This document shows positions 52,440 through 64,000 of a stretch of 64,000 bases of DNA, piece by piece (positions within the stretch are counted from its first letter, which is position 1; each line of letters begins with the position of its first letter). The notes under the pieces were generated by a model, which made no database searches, was not told the origin of the DNA, and worked only from the letters and a program-made list of their open reading frames with translations. The DNA is taken from the NCBI RefSeq assembly GCF_001194135.2, contig NC_068994.1, positions 1,648,434 through 1,712,433 of the forward strand, given 5' to 3'. The position numbers and the translations under genes were made by a program. Origin of the DNA: Octopus bimaculoides (Eukaryota).

Positions 52440-52920
52440 GAATTCTGGTAGAGTTTTTTATACACAGAGAACCTGTGTATTTTGCTATGTTTTTGTCCAC
52501 AGATTTCTACAGGGCTTTTGTGAATGATTGTGTACACCATTTTGTACAATTTGTATAAATTTTCTATTTTGTTTTGGTAGAGGTTTTAATGAATCTTTAC
52601 AGGAATTTTCAACTGTTTTCTACCATGTTTCTCTAGTTTTTATTCACTATTTTGTAAAGCATTTTTGTGCAAATTTTCTACATTATCTTTGTAGTTTTGA
52701 ACAGAATTTTAGCATAACTTTTGTACAGTGTTTTTGCACAAATTTGTAGATTTTTACGTTTTTCTACAAATATTTTCCTATGTTTTTTTTACAGTTTTCG
52801 TACAACTTTTGTAGCAATTTTGCAGTGTTTTCATAGTTATTATATAATGTCTTACAAAGTGTTTCTGTACGAAGTGTTTTTATACAAATTTGAAGCTTTT
52901 GCAATGTTCTTGCACCATTT
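52440..52920. repeat. Ancient degenerate minisatellite (~11-13-bp unit tttt(g/c)tacag..)
   Basis: Dozens of variants (ttttgtaca, tttctaca, ttttgtaga, ttttgcaca) with a strong T skew on the + strand. Confidence 0.7.
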
Positions 52921-53212
52921 GATTTTGGCTTCAACACCCCTGCATAATACATTGAGTGTCTTCTAGTATAGCCCCAGACTGACCAGAGCTTTATGAGTGG
53001 ATGTTGTAGATGGAAACTGAAAGATGCCCATCATCTTTCCCCCATCCAACACCAACCATTAGTTCTCCAACCCTGTAACACTGCAATTCCTTTTCCTCTA
53101 CTCACCACTTTCATGCCCAGTTTTCTCTCTTCCCACTGTATGTATGTATTGATACATACATACAGACACATATATAACACATACATACATACACACACAC
53201 ATACATAGATGA

Positions 53213-53246
<34 letters not shown>

Positions 53247-53549
53247 TCAACATCAATCATCATCGGACAAAGTTTATAGAGGCAAATTTTCTATGGCTGG
53301 ATACCTTTCCTGTCACCAAGCCTCATCTGTTCCCAAGCAAAGTAATACTTCCTCATGGCCAGACATGTTTTCACAGAATATTGGAAATGGATGACACTGC
53401 TTTATAACAATGACACTCATTTACAGTTATCACACAATGTCAAGACAAAAAGATACAAAAATACACACACTCATCCACATATATATTATACACACACACA
53501 CACACACACAAACTCGTACACAATCACCCACACACACATTTATATACGA

Positions 53550-53685
53550 TGGGCTTCTTTCAGTTTCCATCTGCCAAATCCACTTAGAAAGCTTTGGTCA
53601 GCAATAGAAGAAGGCATTTGTTCAAGGCGCAATGGGACTGAACCATGTGGCTGGGAAGCAAGCGTCTTACCATACGGCCATACTT
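53550..53685 (-). mobile_element. tRNA-derived SINE
   Basis: Reverse complement head gtatggccgtatggtaagacgcttgcttcccagccacatggttcagtccc. The tail ggcttctttcagtttcc..caaatccact is also at about 24500-24540 and 29090-29130. Confidence 0.75.
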
Positions 53686-54318
53686 GTCTCTATAAACACA
53701 CACACACACACTCACATACATACATATACACATACTCTCATGACACTGGTTGATCAGAGAAGGACATCCCCTCCAATCTGATTCACTTCTAAATCCATAA
53801 AACTAAAGATCCATTATTACTCCTGACACAGAGATGTATAAACACCACAGGTTCTGCTCCCTCAATTTACCCCTTGTATCTAAAAAACAAGAGCCCCTGT
53901 TCTTGGAGCAAGAGCTCCCTTCAGGGTCTGATATGAAAATGGTGAAGAACAACAGAATCTATGACAGAAAAAATGTAGCAGAATTACCTGGAGGTGGCTC
54001 TGTGACTGGACATTCTGGGATCAAATCTGGCTGTGGTCCACTTTAGATTTCATCCCTCCTCGGTTGACAAATTAACATACCAGTAAAATACTGGGGTTAA
54101 CATCATTGACTGTTCTTTCCCATAAATTGTGTGGCCTTGTTTCTATGTCAGAAATAGTACGAGATAGATGTGTGTGTGGTTATGGGATGTGTCTGTGTAG
54201 CCATCAAGGGATAGATTTGTAAGAATGGGGTTACAATATTTGTGTATGAATTGTGTGTTATGGTCATACAATAATTGTATGTGTGCTTTGCTCACAGTCT
54301 GTATGCAGGTATATGTAC

Positions 54319-54355
<37 letters not shown>

Positions 54356-56499
54356 TGTGTAGGTGTTAAGAAAATAAGTTCCAAAGTAGGGGGTCGCAGG
54401 CATGTGTTTGTGTTTGTGTACATAGGACATGTATGTGGTTGTGGATGGGTGTGTGTAAATGTAGACATGTTTATGTATGTGTGTGTATGTTTGAGGATAT
54501 GTGCTGTGTGTACATTTGAGCGAGTATATCTATATGTGTGTATATGTCTGTACACATAGTATCTGTATGTGTGCATGTATGTATGTGTACATATGTATGT
54601 GCCTCTGTCGCAGATAAGGGTCCTTCACTGTGGCACACTGACATCCTATCGTTTCGGCAGCCGAGTCGGAAGCTGAAATGAAACAAAGAAGATTATTTTC
54701 ATATTTATCATCATCATCGTCACCATCATCATTCTCATCGTCATTATTATGTACATCATTGTCATCATCACAACCACCACCACCACCAACCCTAATTTCA
54801 TCCTCATTATCATCATAGTCATCACCATGGCAATGGTCCTCCTCATTATCATCATAACCACCATCACCACCTAAATGGGGCACCACTCCATCACATAATT
54901 AACCTCACACCTGTAGATATTACTGGTACTCATTTGCAGCAGAGTGGATTGGAGCAACAGGAAATGATTATTTTGGGGCCCAAGAATAAAATACACTGTT
55001 AGAAATGGGAATTGAAACTGAAACTTTACAATCGTGAATCCAGTCACCCTAAATGATGCACCTTCACATGTTAAATAAAATAGATTTACTCTCATTAGGA
55101 AATAACTCCCTTTCAATTAATCAGCCACCATCCAGCCTCCTGGCTCTTAGTCATCTTTGCTTATCTATCTGTCTATATTCCTATATTCCTGTCTATATTA
55201 CACAACAGTCTTCCTCACCCAAGAGTCATCTCTATGAAGCCTAGACACTTCACAGGTGTGCTGTGGTCACTCTCTATCTTTTCTACTACTACTACTACAT
55301 TGGCCTTTGCTTTTTCAGAGAGGTTTGGTCCCGTACCAACGCCCTCAGACATACTCAACTCCCTAACCTTTCCTCCATTCATTCTATGTCCAGCCACCCA
55401 GGCCCCACATTAACCACTTACTCCAGTCCTTCCACCCAGTAATTGTCACCCTATGAAATTCCCTACTTATGCAATGCCTTTCTGGCAGTTCTGACTTACA
55501 GCATTTATTGCATTGGTCTCACCAGTCTTGGCGGGTCTGTGAAAGCAATGGGCATTGCCCCTTCCTTCAGACCTGCTTGATCAGAAAAACTCTCTGTGTG
55601 TGTGTGTGTGTGTGTGTGTGTCTTTTGTGTTAGTCAGGAAAATAAGTTGAAGTAGAAGAATAGATTTGGTTATTCTATTGATTTATAAACTTTAAATAAT
55701 ATGTAAGTGAAACTAAAAGACGAGATGAAAGGTAAACCATTCACCGCTGCCTTCACAGGTTTGTGAAGGATGGTGAGATGAGGAGATGGAGATCTGAAGA
55801 GGAGAAAAAGGAAGGAGGGAGAGGTGGAGAGGTGATGTTTGGTAAACAGAAATCACCCTGGAGAGAAATCAGTGGAAAGTTGGCATTTTAGAAGTGAAAG
55901 CAAACTTCATGGGAGGAATATGAATAAAATATTTGTCATTTTTGGAGTGATATGTAACCATTCCATGCCGTTCAGATGAAACAGACTGTTGTCAGCTTTC
56001 TAGACTTGAGACAAGCTAGAATAAATCAATGTCTTCTCTAAGACACAACACAAGGAACCAAAGGAATGGACAATAATGTGTGAAAAAACATCTCCAAACA
56101 CATTATCTTCTGTGAGGATGAAATCTGATGGTTGTTGTGTTTGGTTGGTAAAGTTTGAAGAGAAAAGCTGAATATTAGTGAATGACTGGCTATTATATGA
56201 GAATTATCTGCAGGGGTGGGTTTAGTTTGATAAGAGTGCAAGGGTGTGTAACCATCACCTTTAATTCAGGGGATTAAAAATGACTGGATTATAAAGGTTG
56301 GTAAAATATGGTAATTGTTTTAATAGTTAATTACAATAATGAGAAGGTAAGTTAAATAGATGTAAAAGGAAAACTTAATGTCAAAGTAATGAGAGAGCTT
56401 TATCTGTTACAGGGATATGTGGCTTAGTGGCTGGGAGTATTTGGCTCATGATCATACGGCCACGAGTTCAATTCCCAGTACAGTCTTCTTGAAGTCATT

Positions 56500-57050
56500 G
56501 AAAAATATATCCATGCATCTTCTTTTTGCCAAACTGAGTCAGAATGTTAGTCTGGCTGTTTGGTGGGTTGTATGGGAGGAGGTCATCAGCAAGAGAATGC
56601 TTCCCAAGGAGCTCACTGCCAGCACATAGTATGTTGTTCCCTTCACTTTATGGCACTGAGTTCATGTATTTATTTTTGCTGCTTTGGCTTAGGAAGCGCT
56701 GTCTGAGAGAGACTATGCGACATTTGCAGGCTGTCTGCACTGATCTCAAGCCTCTGCCTCCTTTATCTCTGCTTAGCTAGAGCCTACCGATATCACTGTT
56801 CCTGTGGGAGTTTCTAGTTGATGTCAGCATCTTGCGAGTTTTAATGTCTATGGAATGAATTCTTCTACAGACCAGTCATCTATCCCAGATATTGTAACCA
56901 GCACTGCTACTGAAAATGCATAGAGAAAGAGGAGAATACCCGACTCCATATTTTCTTAAGCCTAGTAAAACATTCTTGGCTAATTCCATCGTTATTCACA
57001 GAACCTTCATATGATATGTTTCCATCAAGGCCACAGGTACTTGTATATGT
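56500..57050 (-). mobile_element. R4/Dong-like non-LTR retrotransposon remnant (post-RT region)
   Basis: YKYL-GLDGNISYEGSVNN..TRLKKIWS..AFSVAVL..DWSVEEF..IDIKTRKMLT..HRNSDIGRL*LSRDKGGRGLRSVQTAC..KMHGY. Same clade as 23215-24385 but diverged and in the opposite orientation. Confidence 0.85.
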
Positions 57051-58689
57051 GCGTATGAATATATATATGTATGTGTGTTGGTGTGTTGTATGTGTGTATA
57101 TATCAGCATATCTGTCTGTAAATGAGCGAGGGTATCAGTGTGGTGAAGTGGCAGTATGGTGGTGGTGGTGGTGATGGTGATGGGGCAGTGATGAAATGGT
57201 GTAGTGCTGCTGGCGCTGGTAGTGGTGGTGCTGGTGCAGCTGTGTGGTGGCCATACGGTGATGCTAGCATGGTGGTGTCTTGTGGTTGTTTTGTGGAATT
57301 ATAGCCGAGTGGTGCACTGAGGTATTGTGTAGTGATGGTGCCGGCTGTGAGGTGGAGGGGTGGGGAGGGTGCTCTGGAAGAAGGGTAGCCGTGTGTTGTG
57401 GTGGTGGTGGTGGTGGTGTTGGTGATAGTGGAGACGATGTGTTTTGCCAATTGAGATGCTGAGTTGATGCATTACATGCTGCACAGATACTGCAACAGCA
57501 GCAGGCGCCAACATGCATCATAGCATGGATTGGCATGTGCATGTATGTAGGCATGCATCTCTGCCTAAATAGGAACACATACATATATATGTATGTAGGC
57601 TATATATATATATATATATATAGATATATATATATATATGTATGTATATTTGTGTATGTATGCATGTATGTATATAAAAACACATACATGTACATATGCA
57701 TGTGGTGTGTGTGTGTGTGTGTGTATGTGTGTGTGTGTGTGTGTGTGGCAGGGGATGTAATTACGTGCATTCTGGGGAAGAAGCCAATAAATGACATCAT
57801 CAAGGCTGATATAGATATCGATAAACCCACACAACACCACCACTAGCCCCACCATGCCACAATCACCACGTTGTTTGCAGCCCCCACCCCATTATCTCTT
57901 TAAAACCCTCTGCACTGCATTGATAGTCTCTCACTACAGCCACACACCATACCACCAAAACAACCCTCAAGAGTAGTTTGACCTGCCAGAAATGGCAGTC
58001 AAATCTCTCTTATATCCCCCTACTAATCTTAAATCTGAGAAAGACAGATAATATAGTTTGTCCTACTCTATAATACAGTTTATCCTACTCTGTTAAAAAG
58101 GGCAGGGTGGTCATTACTGGGATGTTATTGATCATTGGCCTGTGGGGTCATTACTGACCTAGAGTTAAACAAAAAAAAAAACTACATCAACCACTGACCA
58201 CAGCTCCACATCCATCACTTCTACCACCAACTCCCACCCCTCCAACTTTTCATTATCACATTTCCATTATCCTCACCAACACTTCCACCCCTCCAACCCT
58301 TCCATCACCACCACCACCACCAAATGTGTTCGTTTTTTCTTTCCAAGACAATTCAAGTAAGATTGAAGAATGTTGGCTGTTATTTCTGGTAGGCCCTTTG
58401 ACCACATAGGAGCCCCTTATTGTCTTGTTATGTATGTAATTGGTTAAGAAACCACACATAATCTTCACATGCTGTGGTCCAGCTTTATTGTCTCACTCCA
58501 TCTCTCGTTAAATGCTCTGGCATGAAATCATTAACCTGATGCAGAGTACAGTAGGGAATGTCAGTGACGAGTGATTACTGTCCAGTCTATTCCTGTATGT
58601 CTCCAGGTTCCACTGACCAACATGAATTATTCAGGACAGTTACAGTTGGTTTTAGTCTTTTATTATAAGTCCATTCGCAACTGGTCCTC

Positions 58690-58800
58690 CACCATTTACG
58701 GCAATGAGTGTTCCAGTTGATCCGATCAATAACAGCCTGCTTGTGAAATTATTGTGCAAGTGGTTGAGTACTCCACAGACACATATACCCTTAATCCTTT
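58690..58800 (-). mobile_element. SINE 3' domain (family of 38779)
   Basis: gttccagttgatccgatcaataacagcctgcttgtgaaatta..gtgcaagtggttgagtactccacagaca is the reverse complement of 39050-39130. Confidence 0.8.
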
Positions 58801-60326
58801 TGATACCAACCCAGTCGAAATTGCCTCTGGCTCTGGAGTACAAATATCTTGTTTTCAAAAGTTCTGAATCAAAATTTTCCACCAAATTTTAGTCACACTT
58901 TACTTTATGTTCCTAACACTAGCTTAACGATAACGAAGTTATTTTACTAAATTCTTTGTTAATTTTAAAATTATGTTAATGAAAGGGTTAAAGTAGTTCT
59001 CGGAAATTCAGAGAAACACAGAATAAATTGCAGATACAACTCGTTTTGCAGCAGTGTAAAAATAAAAAGTCTTACTCAAGGACACAATGTACCACTGAGG
59101 ATCAAAGTCACAACCTTACAATCATGAGCCGAACCACTCGGCCCACTTCCATCCACAACTAAAATATTCATCATTAACATTAATTCAGCTTCACTATTTG
59201 ACTGGTGCTTTATTTTATGAAGGTATGGATCAACACCACTACTTCATTGCTGCTTTGTTTTATTGAGCCCAGAAGGATAAAGGATAAACAGGATCTCAGC
59301 AGGATTTGAACTCAAAACTTAGAGAGACTTAATTAAATACCACAGACGTTTGGTCTGCTGCTCTCATAATTCTGCCATTCACCTCTACATCTTCTACACT
59401 CTGTGTACAGTGGAGATAATCAGGCTGTTTCTGCTGTTTCTGGCTGCTGATGATGGAGTCTCTGTGACTTGGATGTTTTGATTGAATGGGGGAGGGAGAG
59501 AGTTTTTAGGGTGATGGAGTATCATTGGCAGTGAAATAATATTCTAGGATGTTGTAGTAGGGTTTTAGGGTGTTATAGATTATAAGGATTGAGTTGGGAG
59601 GAGATATTGTTGAAGAAGTGTTGTGGGGTGGCTGGGAGAGATAGTGATGTAATGATGCTGTGTGGTGTTGTAAATATGCAGGAACTAAGTGCAAGCAATA
59701 GTGCTATTAAGATGATGCTTGGACCATCCTTCACCAATATCCAGGTCAGAATGTCTGTCTTTCAGGTCTCAGTTTGTTATATTTGCATTGGTCTCACTTC
59801 AAATTGAGGAAATTGTATTTTAATAGAGAGAGAAAGAGAGAGAGTAGAGTTGGCATTGAGTGGTTGCTGTGAATGGTTCTTGGTGTATATCCAGTTAGTT
59901 TTCTTTAATATGTAACAGATAAATTAATATGTAACAAATATATTCCAGGGTTATGGGTAAGATGACAATGAGAATAACTCATTTATTATCATCATTTAAC
60001 GTCCTTTTTTCCTTTTTGTTGGTATGGGTTGGGTGGTTTGACGGGAGCTGGTCAGGCCAAGAGTGACAGCAAGTTCCATTATCTGTTTCTGGCTTGGCTT
60101 TTACAGCAGGATGCCCTTCCTAATGCCAACCACTTTGCAGAGTGTACTGAGTACTTTTTATGTGGCACCAACACCAGTGCTTCTTAATGTGGCATCAACG
60201 AACCCTTAAGACAAAGACCTCTCAAATGAAAGATGGAATGAAACTGAGAGATTAGAGTATGATAGGGGGGGGGCAGAGGAGATACTTGGCTACCTCAGTA
60301 GAACAAGGAATGAGAGGGAGATGGGA

Positions 60327-60366
<40 letters not shown>

Positions 60367-60659
60367 GCCTACAAACAGGGAACAGTGAGGGGGAAAGTAT
60401 AAGCAGTACAGAGGAGATAGAGGGGGATGCTGCATAAGAGTGTGAGGGAAAATGTTTAGAGATAACAGAGAGAAGTAAGTGGTGGTGAGAGGAACTGGAA
60501 GAGGCTGGGAGTGAGGAGGGGAGGAGAGGGCTCTGGTACATGATTATATTCCTGAGATATGGGTAAGATGACAATGTGAATAACTCGTTTATTAGAAATC
60601 CTTTAATCTTGTGAGGAAGAAGAATACATTGACAACAAACCAAACTGCACTAGTTTGAA

Positions 60660-60791
60660 AAAGGAGAAGAAAGCAGCTGCTAGAAGAACTAACGAGATAT
60701 GAAGAAATATATCAGAAATATTAGAGGTAATTAACAGTTTTAACGAGAAACTAATTTCTTGAAAGCAGTTGCTCGTAATGTGAAATTTTAA
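60660..60791 (+). mobile_element. Possible MULE-like transposase C-terminal fragment
   Basis: Ends FLKAVARNVKF*, resembling the MULE terminal (Y/F)L+AhA.N motif; very short. Confidence 0.3.
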
Positions 60792-61179
60792 TATCTCAAA
60801 GATTTTTTTGTTTTAGTTATTAACCTTAGTTTCTATTTGTTGTTTTTTTTGGCTTTGTTTTCTTGATACATTTCAAAATAAATTACCGCAGATAAATAAA
60901 TTGTAATTTTAATTCATTATTTATATAACTGCATATGTTCTATATGGACCATTATGTATTGTTTTAATGTGTTCAATAAAATAAAAGGAAGAATCAGAAG
61001 AAAGAAAACAGAAAAGATGTCATTTTAAGAGTTACAATGCTTTTGTTTTGTCAAGAATAAAATAGTCCACTTTTTTATTTTTGTTGTTATTACTGACATT
61101 TTAATATCAACAGAGAAGAAAAATTTGTATTAAAGTCAGTTCAAAACTTTGCTAAGTACAAATAACCAGGGGTCATTGT

Positions 61180-61475
61180 GTGTTGGATTCTGGTGATGAA
61201 TTTAGCTGGTAATGAACTGATCTGATCAATGATTTGACAGATAAGAAATTGATCTGATTGATAAATTGAAGATGATGAATCCACTAATGGTGAATTGATG
61301 GATGACAAGCTCACTGATTGACTTACAAACCCAGAAGTGCAGGGCTTCCATATCTTAGCAATGATTTGGAACAGAATATTCTACATGTTTCCCAAAACCT
61401 TGAGGAGGGAATCCAAAAGTTCAGGATTGTGGGTCCAGATTCAACCCGGAATGTTTTTAATTTATTCATGGAGTC
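61180..61475 (+). mobile_element. Possible piggyBac-like transposase N-terminal remnant
   Basis: An acidic stretch (LDSGDEF..EDDESTNGELMDD) followed by GPDSTRNVFNLFM (P.D.F.LF-like); many stops. Confidence 0.3.
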
Positions 61476-61526
61476 AGCCTGATTCCAAAATGGTTGTCAT
61501 TGTATTTCTCTAATTTATTGTTTACA

Positions 61527-61576
<50 letters not shown>

Positions 61577-61589
61577 TATAGATTGCTAA

Positions 61590-61765
61590 CCACTAAACCT
61601 TTTTCTATTTTCTATCGCTGTTTATTCTGTGTTCCTTTCTGTCAAAGAGCGTAGGCTCAAAATGTAAAAGACTTTCTCACTTCCCGAGCGTTAAACTAAT
61701 ACATCTCTTTGTTGTTTACACACCCATCTTTGTCTTTGGTTTTTTGGGGGAAATTCTCACTGTAT
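61590..61765 (+). mobile_element. Short repeat with decayed hammerhead-like motif (copy 2; motif at 61635-61670)
   Basis: cttt ctgtcaa a gagc-gtag-gctc aAAA tg T a aaag, homologous to 21840-22015. Confidence 0.7.
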
Positions 61766-61798
61766 ATGTATATATATATATATATATANNNNNNNNNN

Positions 61799-61846
<48 letters not shown>

Positions 61847-62639
61847 CACACACATTTATATAATCACACACAGATATACATACATTCACACAAACCCATA
61901 CCCACATACAAATGAATAAATGTGCACATGAGCATGCAGAAGTATTTCGTTGATCGCAAGTTATTGGGAAGAAAGAGCATTTGACTTCAGCTAGTTGCAA
62001 TTAATTGCATTAGCAAACTGAAAGTGCATGTGTAAATTGTGCCTGGATTGCAACGTCAGCCTCACTTGAGCACACACACGTTTAATAATGCTGTTATTGA
62101 CAATTTTCTCTCATTTTAACAATCCTGCTTGCATGATTTTCTCCAAACTGGGCCAAGCCTTTCTCTTGTGATATACAAATCCTGGTGGATCCATCAAATA
62201 TTCTATTGATTGTTTGAGACTGGCTTTTATCTTACGTTATTTATTTATTAGCTTTTATCTTGCCTTATTTAATTGTTTCAGTCATTAGACTTCAGCCATG
62301 CTGGAGCACTACCTTTTGACAGTTGATTGGATTGCAACAACATGCAATGAGTTGTTTTGCTGAAGAACACAACAGGCTGCCAGTCTTGGAATCAAAACTA
62401 CAACCTTGCAATTATGAGTGCAACACCTTACCACTAAAAATATAGACACTCATATAAGATGGTAGAACTCTTAGACACTGGAGCATCTTAGACACAATCC
62501 AGTTTCAGCAACATGTATTCAGGAAAGAAGTTTTTCATGCATTAAAGCTCATTGGGGGGGGGGGGGTTCATAGATAAGAGTGAAGGTAATATTTTGGAGA
62601 AATTGTTTTGGTAAAAAAGTGTCTTATATGCCATCAAGT

Positions 62640-62850
62640 ATGGTAAGCATTGATGTTGGTGCCACACAAAAATCACCCATGCAGTGCCAGATAAAAGCAC
62701 TCAGAACACTCTGTAATGCAGGTGGCATTAGAAAGGACATCCAGCTGTAGAAACCAAACCAAAACAGACTGGAGTCTGGTGCAGCCTCCCCAGCTTGCCA
62801 ACTCTGGACAAACTGTCCAACTGAAGCCAACATGGACAACAGACATGAAA
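62640..62850 (+). mobile_element. SINE-like repeat (aagggcatccagctgtagaaacc..catg..gatgat family)
   Basis: Homologous inverted copies at about 39525-39700 and 60000-60200; related tails at 28140-28230 and 43560-43620. Confidence 0.65.
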
Positions 62851-63475
62851 TGATGATCTATGTATGTGTATATATATACATATATATGCACACACACACA
62901 CACACACACAAGGTGTATGGTTAGGCAATTTACTGCATCATGTTGTACTTCAGGGTTCAATGCCAGGATATTGTCTTCTAGCATTGCTTTTTGTCAATCA
63001 AAGCCTGATGCAAGACATTCGGTGAAGAGAAACAAAAATCTACAACGAAGTTCCAATGGCATACGCACGTCCATGTGTGCTTACGTATATATGGGGTTGT
63101 ACATATGTTTGGGCATCAGCACGTTTATTCATAAATAAAATGGCAACACACACCTATACGCACACACAGATAGATATACTGATGCCTACATACAAACATG
63201 TACCCACATACATTTCTATATACATCCATTTATACACCCTTATTTGCATGTATATTTGCTACTCCCTTATAACTCCCCCACACACACACATCCCCCCTAT
63301 TATATATTTATTGATCAGTCATGCCTGGCTGTATTAACAGCTACACACACACACACACATATACACCCAGTTAAGATATTGATTAATATACACTCATGTT
63401 CCCTTCAATAAAACATCAACCAACCTTCAGTGAGATTGCTGATAGTGTTGCTGGTGTAGTTGTTGTAGATGGGGC

Positions 63476-63506
<31 letters not shown>

Positions 63507-64000
63507 GATTATGCGATATTTTCTACTTCTTCTTCTCTCATTTACTATTATCAATATTGACAGAATTATTGTTGACAATAATAATTATTATTATTATTAT
63601 TATTATTATTATCATCATCAGTATCGTGGTGGTGGTGGTGGTGGTCTTCCTTTATCACTTTACTGCTCTTACTACCACCACCACCACCACCACCACCATT
63701 CTACCATATTTGTATAGTAATTCTTGCTGAATCAGCAGCAGCAGTTGTTGTGCTTGATTGTTGTTGCTGTTGTTGTTGTCGTCGGTGATGGTGGTGGTGG
63801 TAGTAGTAGTGGTGGTGGTGGAAGGCCTGTTGTCTCTGATGACAATGTGTGGTTGTTATTATTGTCATTGCTATTGTTGATATAATTGTTGTTGTTCTTG
63901 TTGTTACAATCCACCCCCTTCGATCCTAAAAGACCCCCCCCCCTCCCACCAATAACCAAATGCTGCCATTAACGGAAACAAGCATGGTTTTGTTTTGATT

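Noticed and set aside
53834-54046. 70-aa ORF MYKHHRFCS...
   Set aside because: No recognisable domain or convincing splice context.
55738-55780. Hairpin (ccttcaca/tgtgaagg) as a pre-miRNA
   Set aside because: Too short, with a large internal loop; within chance expectation.
59480-59800. Possible PLE reverse-transcriptase remnant on the minus strand
   Set aside because: The resemblance is too weak to support.

Overview
Eukaryotic, AT-rich, microsatellite-dense genomic window from a short-read assembly with 13 N-gaps, mostly flanked by (TA)n or (CA)n. It is very probably coleoid cephalopod (Octopus-like); this is inferred from the protocadherin type and the repeat families, not from a database search. 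The only intact protein-coding feature is a minus-strand protocadherin (ORF 3386-5830). Its signal peptide, 6 cadherin repeats, TM helix and juxtamembrane tail lie in one large exon, bounded by a strong acceptor (5863-5865) and a phase-0 GTAAGT donor (3407-3412). The remaining ~58 kb upstream has no second protocadherin and may be largely intron of this gene, with candidate non-coding 5' exons near 45.8 kb and 54.6 kb. That region is full of transposon remnants: mariner, Tc1, Penelope-like GIY-YIG, R4/Dong-like RT plus restriction-like endonuclease, probable Tx1/L1 and RTE fragments, many tRNA-derived SINEs and palindromic MITEs. Two patterns stand out. First, there are about a dozen minimal hammerhead-ribozyme-like motifs from several repeat families, nearly all antisense to the protocadherin; the one with an intact core (8453-8498) is in the sense orientation. 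Second, a 168-bp perfectly identical inverted duplication lies about 20.5 kb apart, with diverged flanks. Nearly all other ORFs in the supplied track are microsatellite or N-gap artefacts. All family assignments rest on motif recognition by eye.
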